DNA from: a bacterium
GTDB lineage: Bacteria; SZUA-182; DTGQ01; JAFGSM01
Length of the DNA: 36,207 bases
NCBI GenBank assembly: GCA_049472355.1
Contig: JBLIRP010000033.1
Span: 1-36,207, forward strand
Direction: 5' to 3'
The notes beneath the pieces were generated by a model. That model worked only from the letters and a program-made list of their open reading frames with translations. It had not been told where the DNA came from and searched no databases. Positions 9,156 through 17,777 of the stretch are shown here, in pieces (within the stretch, counting starts at the first letter, position 1; every line of letters begins with the position of its first letter). Both the position numbers and the translations under genes were made by a program.

Positions 9156-12100
9156 ATGTCAGGATTCGTCCATCTCCATAACCACACCTCGTACAGTCTC
9201 CTTGACGGGGCATGCAGGATCGACCAGATGCTCGATCAGGCCCGGTCCTTCGGCATGGATTCCCTTGCGATCACCGACCACGGCGCCATGTTCGGGGTGA
9301 TCGAGTTCTACAGGGAGGCGAAGAAGCGGGGAATCAAGCCGATCATCGGGTGCGAGATGTACATGGCCCCGGGAAGCCGCTTCGACAAATCGAGCCACAG
9401 CATCCATGATGCGGCCTGCCATCTTCTCCTCCTCGCGGAGAACAACGAGGGGTACTATAATCTCGTACGTCTGGTTTCCGCAGGATACCTGGAGGGTTTC
9501 TACTACCGCCCCCGGATCGACAAGGAGATCCTCGCCCGGTACAGCACGGGATTGATCGGTATGAGCGCGTGCCTTAAAGGTGAGATACCCGGCCTCATCC
9601 TTGCGGGGAAGGAAAGGGATGCGCGGAGGGTTGCGGAGGAATACCGGGCCATCTTCGGTGAGGGGAATTTTTTCATCGAATTGATGGACAACGATATCCC
9701 CGACCAGAAGAGGGTTACTCCGGAATTGATCGCCATTGCAAAGGAACTGGGCCTGGGGATCGTGGCCACCAATGACTGCCACTATCTCCACAGGGAGAAT
9801 GCCGCTGCCCACGATGTGCTCCTCTGCCTCCAGACCGGGAAGACCATGGATGATCCCAAGCGTATGACCATGATGAGCGATCGATTCTACCTTCGGAGCC
9901 CTGAGGAGATGATCGACCTGTTCAGGGACCATCAGGAGGCGATCGACAACACACGCTCCATCGCCGAGCGCTGCAACGTGGACATAGAGTTCGGCAGGCT
10001 TCACCTTCCCCTGTACGAGCCCCCCGACGGCATGAGCCTCGACGAGTATCTGCGAAAACTTGCCCATGACGGGCTTGGCAGGAGGTATCCATGGCTGGAT
10101 GACCAGGACAAGACGGACGGGGACCGGCGCAGGGGGGAGGAGATCAAGGGGCGGTTCGAAAAGGAGCTCGAGATCATCGCGAGCATGGGATATTCCGGCT
10201 ATTTTCTTATCGTGTGGGATTTTATCAACTATGGCAAGCAGCAGGGCATCCCGGTCGGTCCGGGACGCGGGTCCGCCGCGGGAAGCCTGGTGGCCTACTG
10301 CCTGGGCATCACCGACCTGGACCCCCTCAGGTACGGCCTCCTGTTCGAACGCTTCCTCAATCCCGAGCGGGTGAGCATGCCGGATATCGACGTGGATTTC
10401 TGCATGAATCGCAGGGACGAGGTGATCGACTATGTCACCCGCAAGTACGGCACGGAGAATGTGGCCCAGATCATCACCTTCGGAACCATGGCGGCAAAGG
10501 GGGTGGTGCGGGACGTGGGAAGGGTGCTCGGGATGTCATACGGGGAGGTGGATAAGCTGGCCAAGATGATCCCCAACATCCTCAAGATCACCCTCAAGGA
10601 CGCGATAAATATGGAGCCGCGCCTCAAGAACCTCATCCAGAGCAACCCGGAGATCGCCCGGCTCTTCCAGATAAGCCAGGCACTGGAGGGCCTGGCCCGT
10701 CATGCCTCCACCCATGCCGCGGGCATTGTCATCACCCCGAGGCCCCTCGTGGAATACCTGCCCTTGTATCGCGGGCAGAAGGGGGAGGTGGTGACGCAGT
10801 TCACCATGGGGGATGTGGAGAAGATCGGCCTATTGAAGATGGATTTCCTGGGGTTGCGGACCCTCACCGTTATTCAGGATACGCTTAAGCTGATCAAGGA
10901 ATCCAGGGGAGAGGAGATCGATTTGGGCGCCATCTCCATGAAGGACCGCAAGACCTTCAATCTTCTCAAATCGGCGCGCACCGTGGGGGTGTTCCAGCTT
11001 GAGAGCACGGGCATGCGCGACCTTCTGCGCAGGCTCAAGCCGGAGACCTTCGAGGACCTCATCGCGCTGGTCGCCCTGTTTCGGCCCGGTCCTTTGGGAA
11101 GCGGCATGGTGGACGATTTCATCAAGCGAAAACACGGCAGTGTGGAGATCACCTACGACCACCCGAAGCTGAAGAAGATCCTCAAGGAGACTTACGGGAT
11201 CATCGTGTACCAGGAGCAGGTCATGCAGATCGCCTCCGAGCTGGCGGGATTCACCCTGGGACAGGCCGACCTCCTGAGGAGGGCCATGGGGAAAAAGAAA
11301 CAGGAGGTCATGGACCAGCAGCGGGCGCATTTCCTTGAAGGCACCAGAAAAAACGGGATCAAGGACGATCTGGCCCAGAAGATCTTCGACCTCATGTCCT
11401 TTTTTGCCGGCTACGGGTTCAACAAGTCCCACAGCGCGGCATACGCCCTCATCTCCTACCAGACCGCCTATCTCAAGGCCCACTACCCGGTGGAGTTCAT
11501 GGCCGCACTCCTCACCAGCGAGATGGAGAACACCGACAAGATCGTCAAGTATATCGCCGAGGCGCGCGAGATGAACATCAAGACCCTTCCGCCGGATGTC
11601 AACGAGAGCTCGGTAAGCTTCCGGGTGGTGAAGGATCACATACGTTTCGGCCTGGCTGCGGTCAAAAATGTGGGTGAAACCGCAGTGAGGGCCATCCTGG
11701 ATGCCCGGGAGCAGAAGGGCGCATTCACCTCTCTGGTTGATTTTTGCAATAAGGCCGACCTGAGGGTGGTCAACAAGCGGGTAATCGAAAGCCTTATCAA
11801 TTGCGGGGCCTTCGATTCCTTGAAGGTGAGGCGCTCGCAGATGATGGCGGTCCTGGATCAGGCGGTGGATCTTGCCCAGCAGGCCCAGAAGGCATCCCAG
11901 AGCCGTCAGATCGGGCTGTTTTCCCACAACGGCCGAAGGGAATCTCTCGTGGAGGCCCAGATACCGCTCCCCGATATCCCGGAGTGGCCTGAGTCGCAAC
12001 GTTTGACCGCGGAAAAGGAGGTCCTGGGATTCTATCTCACCGGGCATCCCCTCGAACGGTTCGGTAAGCAGATACGCAAGTACGCCACCCATTCCTCACA

Positions 12101-12626
12101 GAATCTGGTCAATGCCAAGGACGGCGACAAGGTGAGTCTTGGCGGGCTTCTGGCCATCACCAAGGAGATCACCACCAAAAAGGGGGAACGGATGGGGTTT
12201 GCAAACCTGGAGGACCTCTATGGTGTGGTGGAGGTCATCCTTTTTCCGGAGCAGTATGGCGCCTGCCTCCCCCTGATCGAGAATGAGGCCCCGATTATCG
12301 TTCAGGGCACGGTGGATATCAAGGAGGACATCGCCAAGGTCACCGCTGCGGAGGTGGTCAGCCTCGAGGACGCGGACAAACACTTTGCCAAAAACATCCA
12401 TTTGAGGATGTTTATTCCCGACCTTACCGAGGAATCCCTCACCAGGCTCCACCATCTGTGCTATCAGCACCGGGGGAACTGTCACCTCTATCTCCACCTC
12501 GCCAGCGCCCGCGGGGACGAGGTGGTGTTGAAGCCGGAGTCGAATATCAGGATCGAACCTGAAGAGCCGTTCTTCAAAGAGGTTGAGAAGTTGCTGGGAA
12601 AGGACGCCTTTTACCTTGAAGGGTAG
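9156..12626 (+). CDS. dnaE: DNA polymerase III alpha subunit
   Basis: PHP domain FVHLHNHTSYSLLDG, GPGRGSAAGS, FERFLNPERVSMPDIDVDF, LLKMDFLGL, YGFNKSHS and a C-terminal OB fold. No intein evident. Confidence 0.98.
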   Translation: MSGFVHLHNHTSYSLLDGACRIDQMLDQARSFGMDSLAITDHGAMFGVIEFYREAKKRGIKPIIGCEMYMAPGSRFDKSSHSIHDAACHLLLLAENNEGYYNLVRLVSAGYLEGFYYRPRIDKEILARYSTGLIGMSACLKGEIPGLILAGKERDARRVAEEYRAIFGEGNFFIELMDNDIPDQKRVTPELIAIAKELGLGIVATNDCHYLHRENAAAHDVLLCLQTGKTMDDPKRMTMMSDRFYLRSPEEMIDLFRDHQEAIDNTRSIAERCNVDIEFGRLHLPLYEPPDGMSLDEYLRKLAHDGLGRRYPWLDDQDKTDGDRRRGEEIKGRFEKELEIIASMGYSGYFLIVWDFINYGKQQGIPVGPGRGSAAGSLVAYCLGITDLDPLRYGLLFERFLNPERVSMPDIDVDFCMNRRDEVIDYVTRKYGTENVAQIITFGTMAAKGVVRDVGRVLGMSYGEVDKLAKMIPNILKITLKDAINMEPRLKNLIQSNPEIARLFQISQALEGLARHASTHAAGIVITPRPLVEYLPLYRGQKGEVVTQFTMGDVEKIGLLKMDFLGLRTLTVIQDTLKLIKESRGEEIDLGAISMKDRKTFNLLKSARTVGVFQLESTGMRDLLRRLKPETFEDLIALVALFRPGPLGSGMVDDFIKRKHGSVEITYDHPKLKKILKETYGIIVYQEQVMQIASELAGFTLGQADLLRRAMGKKKQEVMDQQRAHFLEGTRKNGIKDDLAQKIFDLMSFFAGYGFNKSHSAAYALISYQTAYLKAHYPVEFMAALLTSEMENTDKIVKYIAEAREMNIKTLPPDVNESSVSFRVVKDHIRFGLAAVKNVGETAVRAILDAREQKGAFTSLVDFCNKADLRVVNKRVIESLINCGAFDSLKVRRSQMMAVLDQAVDLAQQAQKASQSRQIGLFSHNGRRESLVEAQIPLPDIPEWPESQRLTAEKEVLGFYLTGHPLERFGKQIRKYATHSSQNLVNAKDGDKVSLGGLLAITKEITTKKGERMGFANLEDLYGVVEVILFPEQYGACLPLIENEAPIIVQGTVDIKEDIAKVTAAEVVSLEDADKHFAKNIHLRMFIPDLTEESLTRLHHLCYQHRGNCHLYLHLASARGDEVVLKPESNIRIEPEEPFFKEVEKLLGKDAFYLEG

Positions 12627-12648
12627 AAAAGGGAAGGATTGGTAAGCC

Positions 12649-13608
12649 ATGGCCAACACAGTACTTGATTTTGAGAGGTCATTCGTGGAGATCGACGAGA
12701 TCATTCTCGAGACCGAGAAGCGCATCACCGAATGGAATCCCCAGATAAAAACGGAACTCAGGGACCTCAGGCGCAAGCGGGTCAAGGTCTATCAGGAGGT
12801 ATACGCAAAACTCACCCCGTGGCAGAGGACACAGTTGGCCCGGCATCCGGACCGTCCCTACAGCCTTGACTACATAAACCTCATGTGCGAGTCCTTCATC
12901 GAGATCCATGGAGACCGGCGCTTTGCGGACGATCACGCCATAGTCACCTGCCTCGCCAGGCTGGAAGGGAAATCAGTGGTCATTATCGGCCAGCAGAAGG
13001 GGAGGGGCACCAAGGAGAACATCTATCGCAACTTCGGCATGCCCAATCCCGAGGGCTACCGCAAGGCCCTGCGGGCAATGCTGCTGGCCCAGAAATTCGG
13101 ATATCCCGTGGTGACCCTGATCGATACCCCCGGCGCATACCCGGGGATAGGTGCCGAGGAGCGGGGACAGGCGGAGGCGATCGCGCGGAACCTTTACGAG
13201 ATGTCCCGGTTGAAAACCCCTATCATCTCCCTGGTCATCGGTGAAGGGGGAAGCGGGGGTGCGCTCGGCATCGGAGTGGCGGACCGGATACTGATGCTCG
13301 AAAACAGCATCTATTCCGTCATCTCTCCGGAGGCTTGTGCCGCAATACTCTGGAAAAACAGGGACAAGGCATCCGAGGTTGCTGAATCGCTTAAAATGAC
13401 CGGACAAAACCTACTTAAATTCAAGATAATAGATGAAATTATAAAAGAGCCCCTGGGGGGTGCCCACCGGGACTATGCCCGGGCCGCCAATATCATCCGC
13501 AGGGCGCTCCGGCGCCATCTGCGGGAGTTGATGGCGGTTCCTCTCGATGAGTTGCTTGCCAGACGGTTCGAAAAATATCGAAGCATAGGGGTGTATCGGG
13601 AGGCTTGA
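12649..13608 (+). CDS. accA: Acetyl-CoA carboxylase carboxyltransferase alpha subunit
   Basis: LARHPDRP, NFGMPNPEGYRKA, IDTPGAYPG, GEGGSGGAL and YSVISPE. Conserved dnaE-accA gene order. Confidence 0.98.
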   Translation: MANTVLDFERSFVEIDEIILETEKRITEWNPQIKTELRDLRRKRVKVYQEVYAKLTPWQRTQLARHPDRPYSLDYINLMCESFIEIHGDRRFADDHAIVTCLARLEGKSVVIIGQQKGRGTKENIYRNFGMPNPEGYRKALRAMLLAQKFGYPVVTLIDTPGAYPGIGAEERGQAEAIARNLYEMSRLKTPIISLVIGEGGSGGALGIGVADRILMLENSIYSVISPEACAAILWKNRDKASEVAESLKMTGQNLLKFKIIDEIIKEPLGGAHRDYARAANIIRRALRRHLRELMAVPLDELLARRFEKYRSIGVYREA

Positions 13609-13626
13609 GCCTCCCCGTTGCTGCTC

Positions 13627-15345
13627 ATGAATTATCCGACCAGCGAGGATCTCAGACGGATACTGGCGAGAATCGACGGGCGTGGGTACAAGGCCTATAA
13701 AGAGATCCGCGGCGCCTATTCCTTCCCCGGCTTTTCCCTGTTCATCGATCACGTCCAGGGCGATCCCTTTGCTGCACCAAGCCGCTTTCGGGTGAGGGTG
13801 CCGCAGGATCTGGCCGGATACCCTGTGGAGACCTTCACCCCTAAGGCGAGGGCGGTGGCCCTGTGCACCTATCTCACCGAGGAATTCGCCCGCAACGCAC
13901 ACCAGGTGTCCGCACGGAGGGGATCGGGGAAAAGCGGTATCATCCGGATCGACGCGCCCGGTCAGGAAATACTCGAACGTACCGCCATGGATATCTGTCC
14001 TGCGCACGTAGAGGCGCGGTTTGTGGTGGGATTACCGGCGGACGGCCGCAGGGTCAAGGGGAGGGAGGCCATCGAGATGCTCTGCCGTCATGTGCCCGCC
14101 ATTGTCGCGGGGAGCCTTCTCTATGCGGTGAACGACAGGGAGCGGATCGAGCGGTATATCCGCACCAACGAGGATGCGGAGTATCTCCGTCATGCCCTGG
14201 GAGAGCAGGGGCTGGTGGGATTCGTCGCCGATGGCAGCATCCTTCCCCGGCGCTCGGGGGTGGATGATCGCCCGCTGTGCTCGGGAACGGTCATCCCCTT
14301 TCGGTCTCCGGAGTCCCTGAGGCACACGTTCAGTCTTCCCAACCATGGCCCGATTACCGGGCTGGGGATTCCCCGGGGCGTTACCCTTATCGTGGGAGGC
14401 GGTTTCCACGGGAAATCCACCCTGTTGAATGCCCTCGAATTGGGCATCTACAATCACAAACCGGGGGATGGGCGGGAATGCGTCGTAACCGATTCGGGTG
14501 CAGTCAAGATCAGGGCGGAGGACGGGCGCAGGGTATGGGGGGTGAACATCTCCCCATTTATAGGAAACCTCCCCTTTGGTCAGGACACCGCTTTTTTCTG
14601 CACGGAGAACGCCTCCGGCTCCACCTCCCAGGCCGCCAACATCATAGAGGCCCTGGAGGTGGGGGCCAGTGTGCTCATGCTGGACGAGGATACCGCCGCC
14701 ACCAATTTCATGATCCGGGACCACCGCATGCAGGAGCTGGTGGACAAGGGGAAGGAGCCCATCACTCCCTTCATCGACAAGGTGCGGCAGCTCTATCAGG
14801 ACCTCGGGGTTTCCACCGTCCTGGTGATCGGGGGGAGCGGGGATTATTTCGATGTTGCGGACACGGTGATTGCGCTTGAGGATTACGTGCCGCACGATGC
14901 CACTGAGAGGGCACGAGCCATTGCTCAAAAATATAGGGCAGAGCGCAGGCCGGAGGGAGGAACCGGATTCGGCCGCCTTACCCCGCGGATTCCCCTCAGC
15001 CGCAGCATCGATCCGAGCAGGGGCAGACGGGAGGTGGATATCAAGACGCGGGGGCTGCGTCTCGTACAGTTCGGCGAGGAAACCATCGATCTCGGCGCTG
15101 TTGAACAGCTCACCGATTACAGCCAGACCAGGGCACTGGGAGACGCCCTCCTGTATGCCAGGGAACACTCCATGGACGGCCGGGCGACCATACGGGAGAT
15201 CCTCGATGCGGTGATGGCAGACATCGAGCGCAGCGGTCTCGATGTATTGAATGCACGGCCTGTGGGGGATTATGCCATGTTCAGGAAATTCGAACTGGCT
15301 GCGGCACTGAATCGCATACGCACCCTCGATGTGAAACACCCATAG
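13627..15345 (+). CDS. COG3044-type ABC-class ATPase domain protein
   Basis: IDHVQGDPFAAPS, Walker A GGGFHGKST, IRAEDGR, ASGSTSQAA, Walker B MLDEDTAATNFMIRD and EPITPF. Start at ATG 13627 or TTG 13618. Confidence 0.9.
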   Translation: MNYPTSEDLRRILARIDGRGYKAYKEIRGAYSFPGFSLFIDHVQGDPFAAPSRFRVRVPQDLAGYPVETFTPKARAVALCTYLTEEFARNAHQVSARRGSGKSGIIRIDAPGQEILERTAMDICPAHVEARFVVGLPADGRRVKGREAIEMLCRHVPAIVAGSLLYAVNDRERIERYIRTNEDAEYLRHALGEQGLVGFVADGSILPRRSGVDDRPLCSGTVIPFRSPESLRHTFSLPNHGPITGLGIPRGVTLIVGGGFHGKSTLLNALELGIYNHKPGDGRECVVTDSGAVKIRAEDGRRVWGVNISPFIGNLPFGQDTAFFCTENASGSTSQAANIIEALEVGASVLMLDEDTAATNFMIRDHRMQELVDKGKEPITPFIDKVRQLYQDLGVSTVLVIGGSGDYFDVADTVIALEDYVPHDATERARAIAQKYRAERRPEGGTGFGRLTPRIPLSRSIDPSRGRREVDIKTRGLRLVQFGEETIDLGAVEQLTDYSQTRALGDALLYAREHSMDGRATIREILDAVMADIERSGLDVLNARPVGDYAMFRKFELAAALNRIRTLDVKHP

Positions 15346-15399
15346 GTGGTTTGGACCCCATTGTGTGAATTCAAAAATCGGTTTGGAAGGAGGATGGGC

Positions 15400-15687
15400 A
15401 TGGTAACTGCACTGGTTCTTTTGGAGGTACAGAGGGACAAGGTCAACGAGATCGCCGACAAGCTGGCGGCCATGGAGGAGGTGTCGGAGGTGTACTCGGT
15501 GGCGGGCAGGTACGATCTTGTCGCCGTGATACGGGTTGCCGACAATGAAAAGCTTGCAGAGGTGGTAACCAATCATATGCTGAAGGTGAAGGGGATCAAT
15601 AAGTCGGAGACCCTCATTGCCTTCCGGGTGTATTCGCGACACGACCTTGAGAGCATGTTTTCCATAGGCCTCGAGGGGAAGGGGTGA
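15400..15687 (+). CDS. Stand-alone Lrp/AsnC ligand-binding (RAM) domain protein
   Basis: MVTALVLL...VSEVYSVAGRYDLVA...SETLIAF. AGGAGG RBS 6 nt upstream of ATG 15400. No HTH domain. Confidence 0.88.
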   Translation: MVTALVLLEVQRDKVNEIADKLAAMEEVSEVYSVAGRYDLVAVIRVADNEKLAEVVTNHMLKVKGINKSETLIAFRVYSRHDLESMFSIGLEGKG

Positions 15688-15703
15688 GAGAAAGGGCAGC
15701 GCC

Positions 15704-16900
15704 TTAGAACTGGCGGAATATCTGAACGCGATAGTTGCCGGAGTCAACGACCAGGACGCGGTCCTCGCTGTCCACGGCGATGCCCTTCGGGGCCTTGAAC
15801 TGGGCGGCCTCGCTTCCTTCTCCTCCCCAGCACTGGATGAATTCCACATCGCTGTTGTATTTGAACACCCGGTGCAACGAGGAATCGGTGACATAGAGAA
15901 ATCCCTGGGTGTCAAGGCAGAGGTCCGCAGGGGCGGGGAGGGGGGTGTCCTGCTCGTCCCTTGGCTGGTATGCCTTGATGAAGTCCCCGTCCAGGTCGAA
16001 CTTGTGCAATTTCCCGTTCTTGCCGTCGATCACCCAGAGCGCCCCGAATCTGCTCGGATCATAGGCGATTCTGGTGGGTTTGAAGAAGCTCCCCGGGCCG
16101 GAGCCGAACCCGCCGAATTCGAATCGGAATTCGCCCTCCTCGTCGAAGCACTGCACCCGTGAATTCATGGAGTCCAGCACATAGGCATTGTCGTATCGAT
16201 CAACGGTGACATCGGTGGGATGGTGAAATTGCCCCGTACCGGAGCCGAATCCGCCCCATAAGGGACCCATGGCGCTGTTCCCCTGGTAATCGATAGGATC
16301 CCCATCGTCGTCAAAGAGGAGGATGCGGTTGTTTCTGGTATCAGCGAGGTAAACCACGGTCCGGCTCAACTCCTCCTTATAATCCACAAAAAGGGCCTGG
16401 GGATTATCCATCTCTCCGTTCCATTCCTCCCGGAAGTATCCCTCCGGGCTGAATCTCTGGATCCTCTCGCCCTCCTTGTCGCATACGTAGATATTGTCCT
16501 CTTCGTCCACTCCGATGTCCACCGGTGACTGAAAATAGCCGTGGCCGAGGCCGTAGCCTCCGAAGCTCTTGTCGAATCGGTACTCGTAATACCCCAGCGG
16601 TTTCGGGCGCTCCGGGGGAATTGTTTGCGCGGCCTGCACCGGCTGGTTTGGATTCGCAATGCCCTCAGTCCGGTTGGCATCCCAGGGAGGAGGGGCGACC
16701 TGGTGCGACAGGGATTCCGGTGCGGGCTCGAATGCGGTATCCTCGACAGGCAGTGCTGCATCCTCGACCGGCTTAACATCCTCGATCATGCTTTGTTCTG
16801 CGACCAGTGGATGTGGCGGGAGGAAAAGAACGGTCAGTACAAACAATACTCCGCACAATTTAACAAGTGGTACAATGGTATGAATACGTGACCGGTTCAT
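15704..16900 (-). CDS. Secreted NHL-repeat beta-propeller protein
   Basis: Hydrophobic signal-like N-terminus, a Pro/Ala/Glu-rich linker, then about six NHL repeats (G.G.GQF..P.D..VD, YV.D..N.RVQ.F). Confidence 0.88.
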   Translation of the reverse strand: MNRSRIHTIVPLVKLCGVLFVLTVLFLPPHPLVAEQSMIEDVKPVEDAALPVEDTAFEPAPESLSHQVAPPPWDANRTEGIANPNQPVQAAQTIPPERPKPLGYYEYRFDKSFGGYGLGHGYFQSPVDIGVDEEDNIYVCDKEGERIQRFSPEGYFREEWNGEMDNPQALFVDYKEELSRTVVYLADTRNNRILLFDDDGDPIDYQGNSAMGPLWGGFGSGTGQFHHPTDVTVDRYDNAYVLDSMNSRVQCFDEEGEFRFEFGGFGSGPGSFFKPTRIAYDPSRFGALWVIDGKNGKLHKFDLDGDFIKAYQPRDEQDTPLPAPADLCLDTQGFLYVTDSSLHRVFKYNSDVEFIQCWGGEGSEAAQFKAPKGIAVDSEDRVLVVDSGNYRVQIFRQF

Positions 16901-16903
16901 TGG

Positions 16904-17635
16904 TTAACGACGATATTCAATCTTTTCGGATTGCTTTTCGGATCCGCCGAATATGCCCATCAGTCCGCCGCGCCTCTTTTCAGCGCCTTCCCGTACACGC
17001 TGCTGTTCGTCGATTTCCAAGTAGAGGGCGCCGACGATCTCCTCACAGATCTGCCGGGTCAACTCCATGGGGGTGGGACCCTCGCTTATCCCCAGGATGC
17101 GGCTCACCGAATTGGATCCCGTCTTGAAGTTGTTTGCACTCCACAGGATATTTCCGTTCTCCGCATCGATCATCCTCACGCTCAGGCCCACTTCCGCTCC
17201 CGATTCCTTCCCCTTCCCGTATCCGTATTCAGTGATGACCCCCAGGATGAGGTAATTCACCCCCAGTCGCTCCCCGATCGCCCTGATCGTCTCCTTGTCC
17301 ATGGAGTTCGGCTTCCTGATCCTGAGGCTCATCAGTGCGGCGTTTGCCTCCACGATATCCACGAGGTCCTTGAATATATGGGCCTGGAACAACGCGGTGG
17401 AAAAGACCTCCCGCACCTTGATATCCGCATCCGTATCCTTGCTCAGGTTTTCAAAGGGGAGGACGCACGCGGTGCGATTGGAATTCCACGGGCTGTACGA
17501 GACAAACTGAGGGGCAATCACGGGTTTTGAAAAAAATGCAATCCTGTTTGTGGTCCCGCATCCGGTGCATACACACAGGCTCAGTGCAGTGGCGGTGAGC
17601 ACAACGGCGTTCAGACATCTTTTGGGATTTCCCAT
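16904..17635 (-). CDS. Lipoprotein with PelC/CsgG/DUF799 (TolB-N-like) fold
   Basis: Lipobox-like LCVCTGC, plus VLPFENLS, IGERLGVNYLILGVITEY and VGLSVRMIDAENGNILWS. Start moved to ATG 17635 (GAGG RBS). Confidence 0.8.
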   Translation of the reverse strand: MGNPKRCLNAVVLTATALSLCVCTGCGTTNRIAFFSKPVIAPQFVSYSPWNSNRTACVLPFENLSKDTDADIKVREVFSTALFQAHIFKDLVDIVEANAALMSLRIRKPNSMDKETIRAIGERLGVNYLILGVITEYGYGKGKESGAEVGLSVRMIDAENGNILWSANNFKTGSNSVSRILGISEGPTPMELTRQICEEIVGALYLEIDEQQRVREGAEKRRGGLMGIFGGSEKQSEKIEYRR

Positions 17636-17714
17636 CCTCTCATCCTCCTCGTTACTACAACCCATGGTTGTAAATATCTTGAATATGATAGTGTTTCCTC
17701 AACAGGCAGGGCCG

Positions 17715-17744
17715 ATTCTATCACCTGATTCCTTCGAATGTCAA
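17715..17744 (-). promoter_or_regulatory. Putative sigma70 promoter for the lipoprotein-NHL pair
   Basis: Minus strand TTGACA, 18-bp spacer, TG.TAGAAT in the 142-bp gap after the barrel gene. Confidence 0.55.
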
Positions 17745-17777
17745 GATTATCAAAGGCCGGCACCCTTGCCCCAACGG

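Noticed and set aside
9159..15915. Long minus-strand ORFs (302, 420, 229, 198 and 627 aa)
   Set aside because: All overlap well-supported genes (dnaE, accA, the ATPase, the Lrp domain) on the opposite strand and lack recognisable features.
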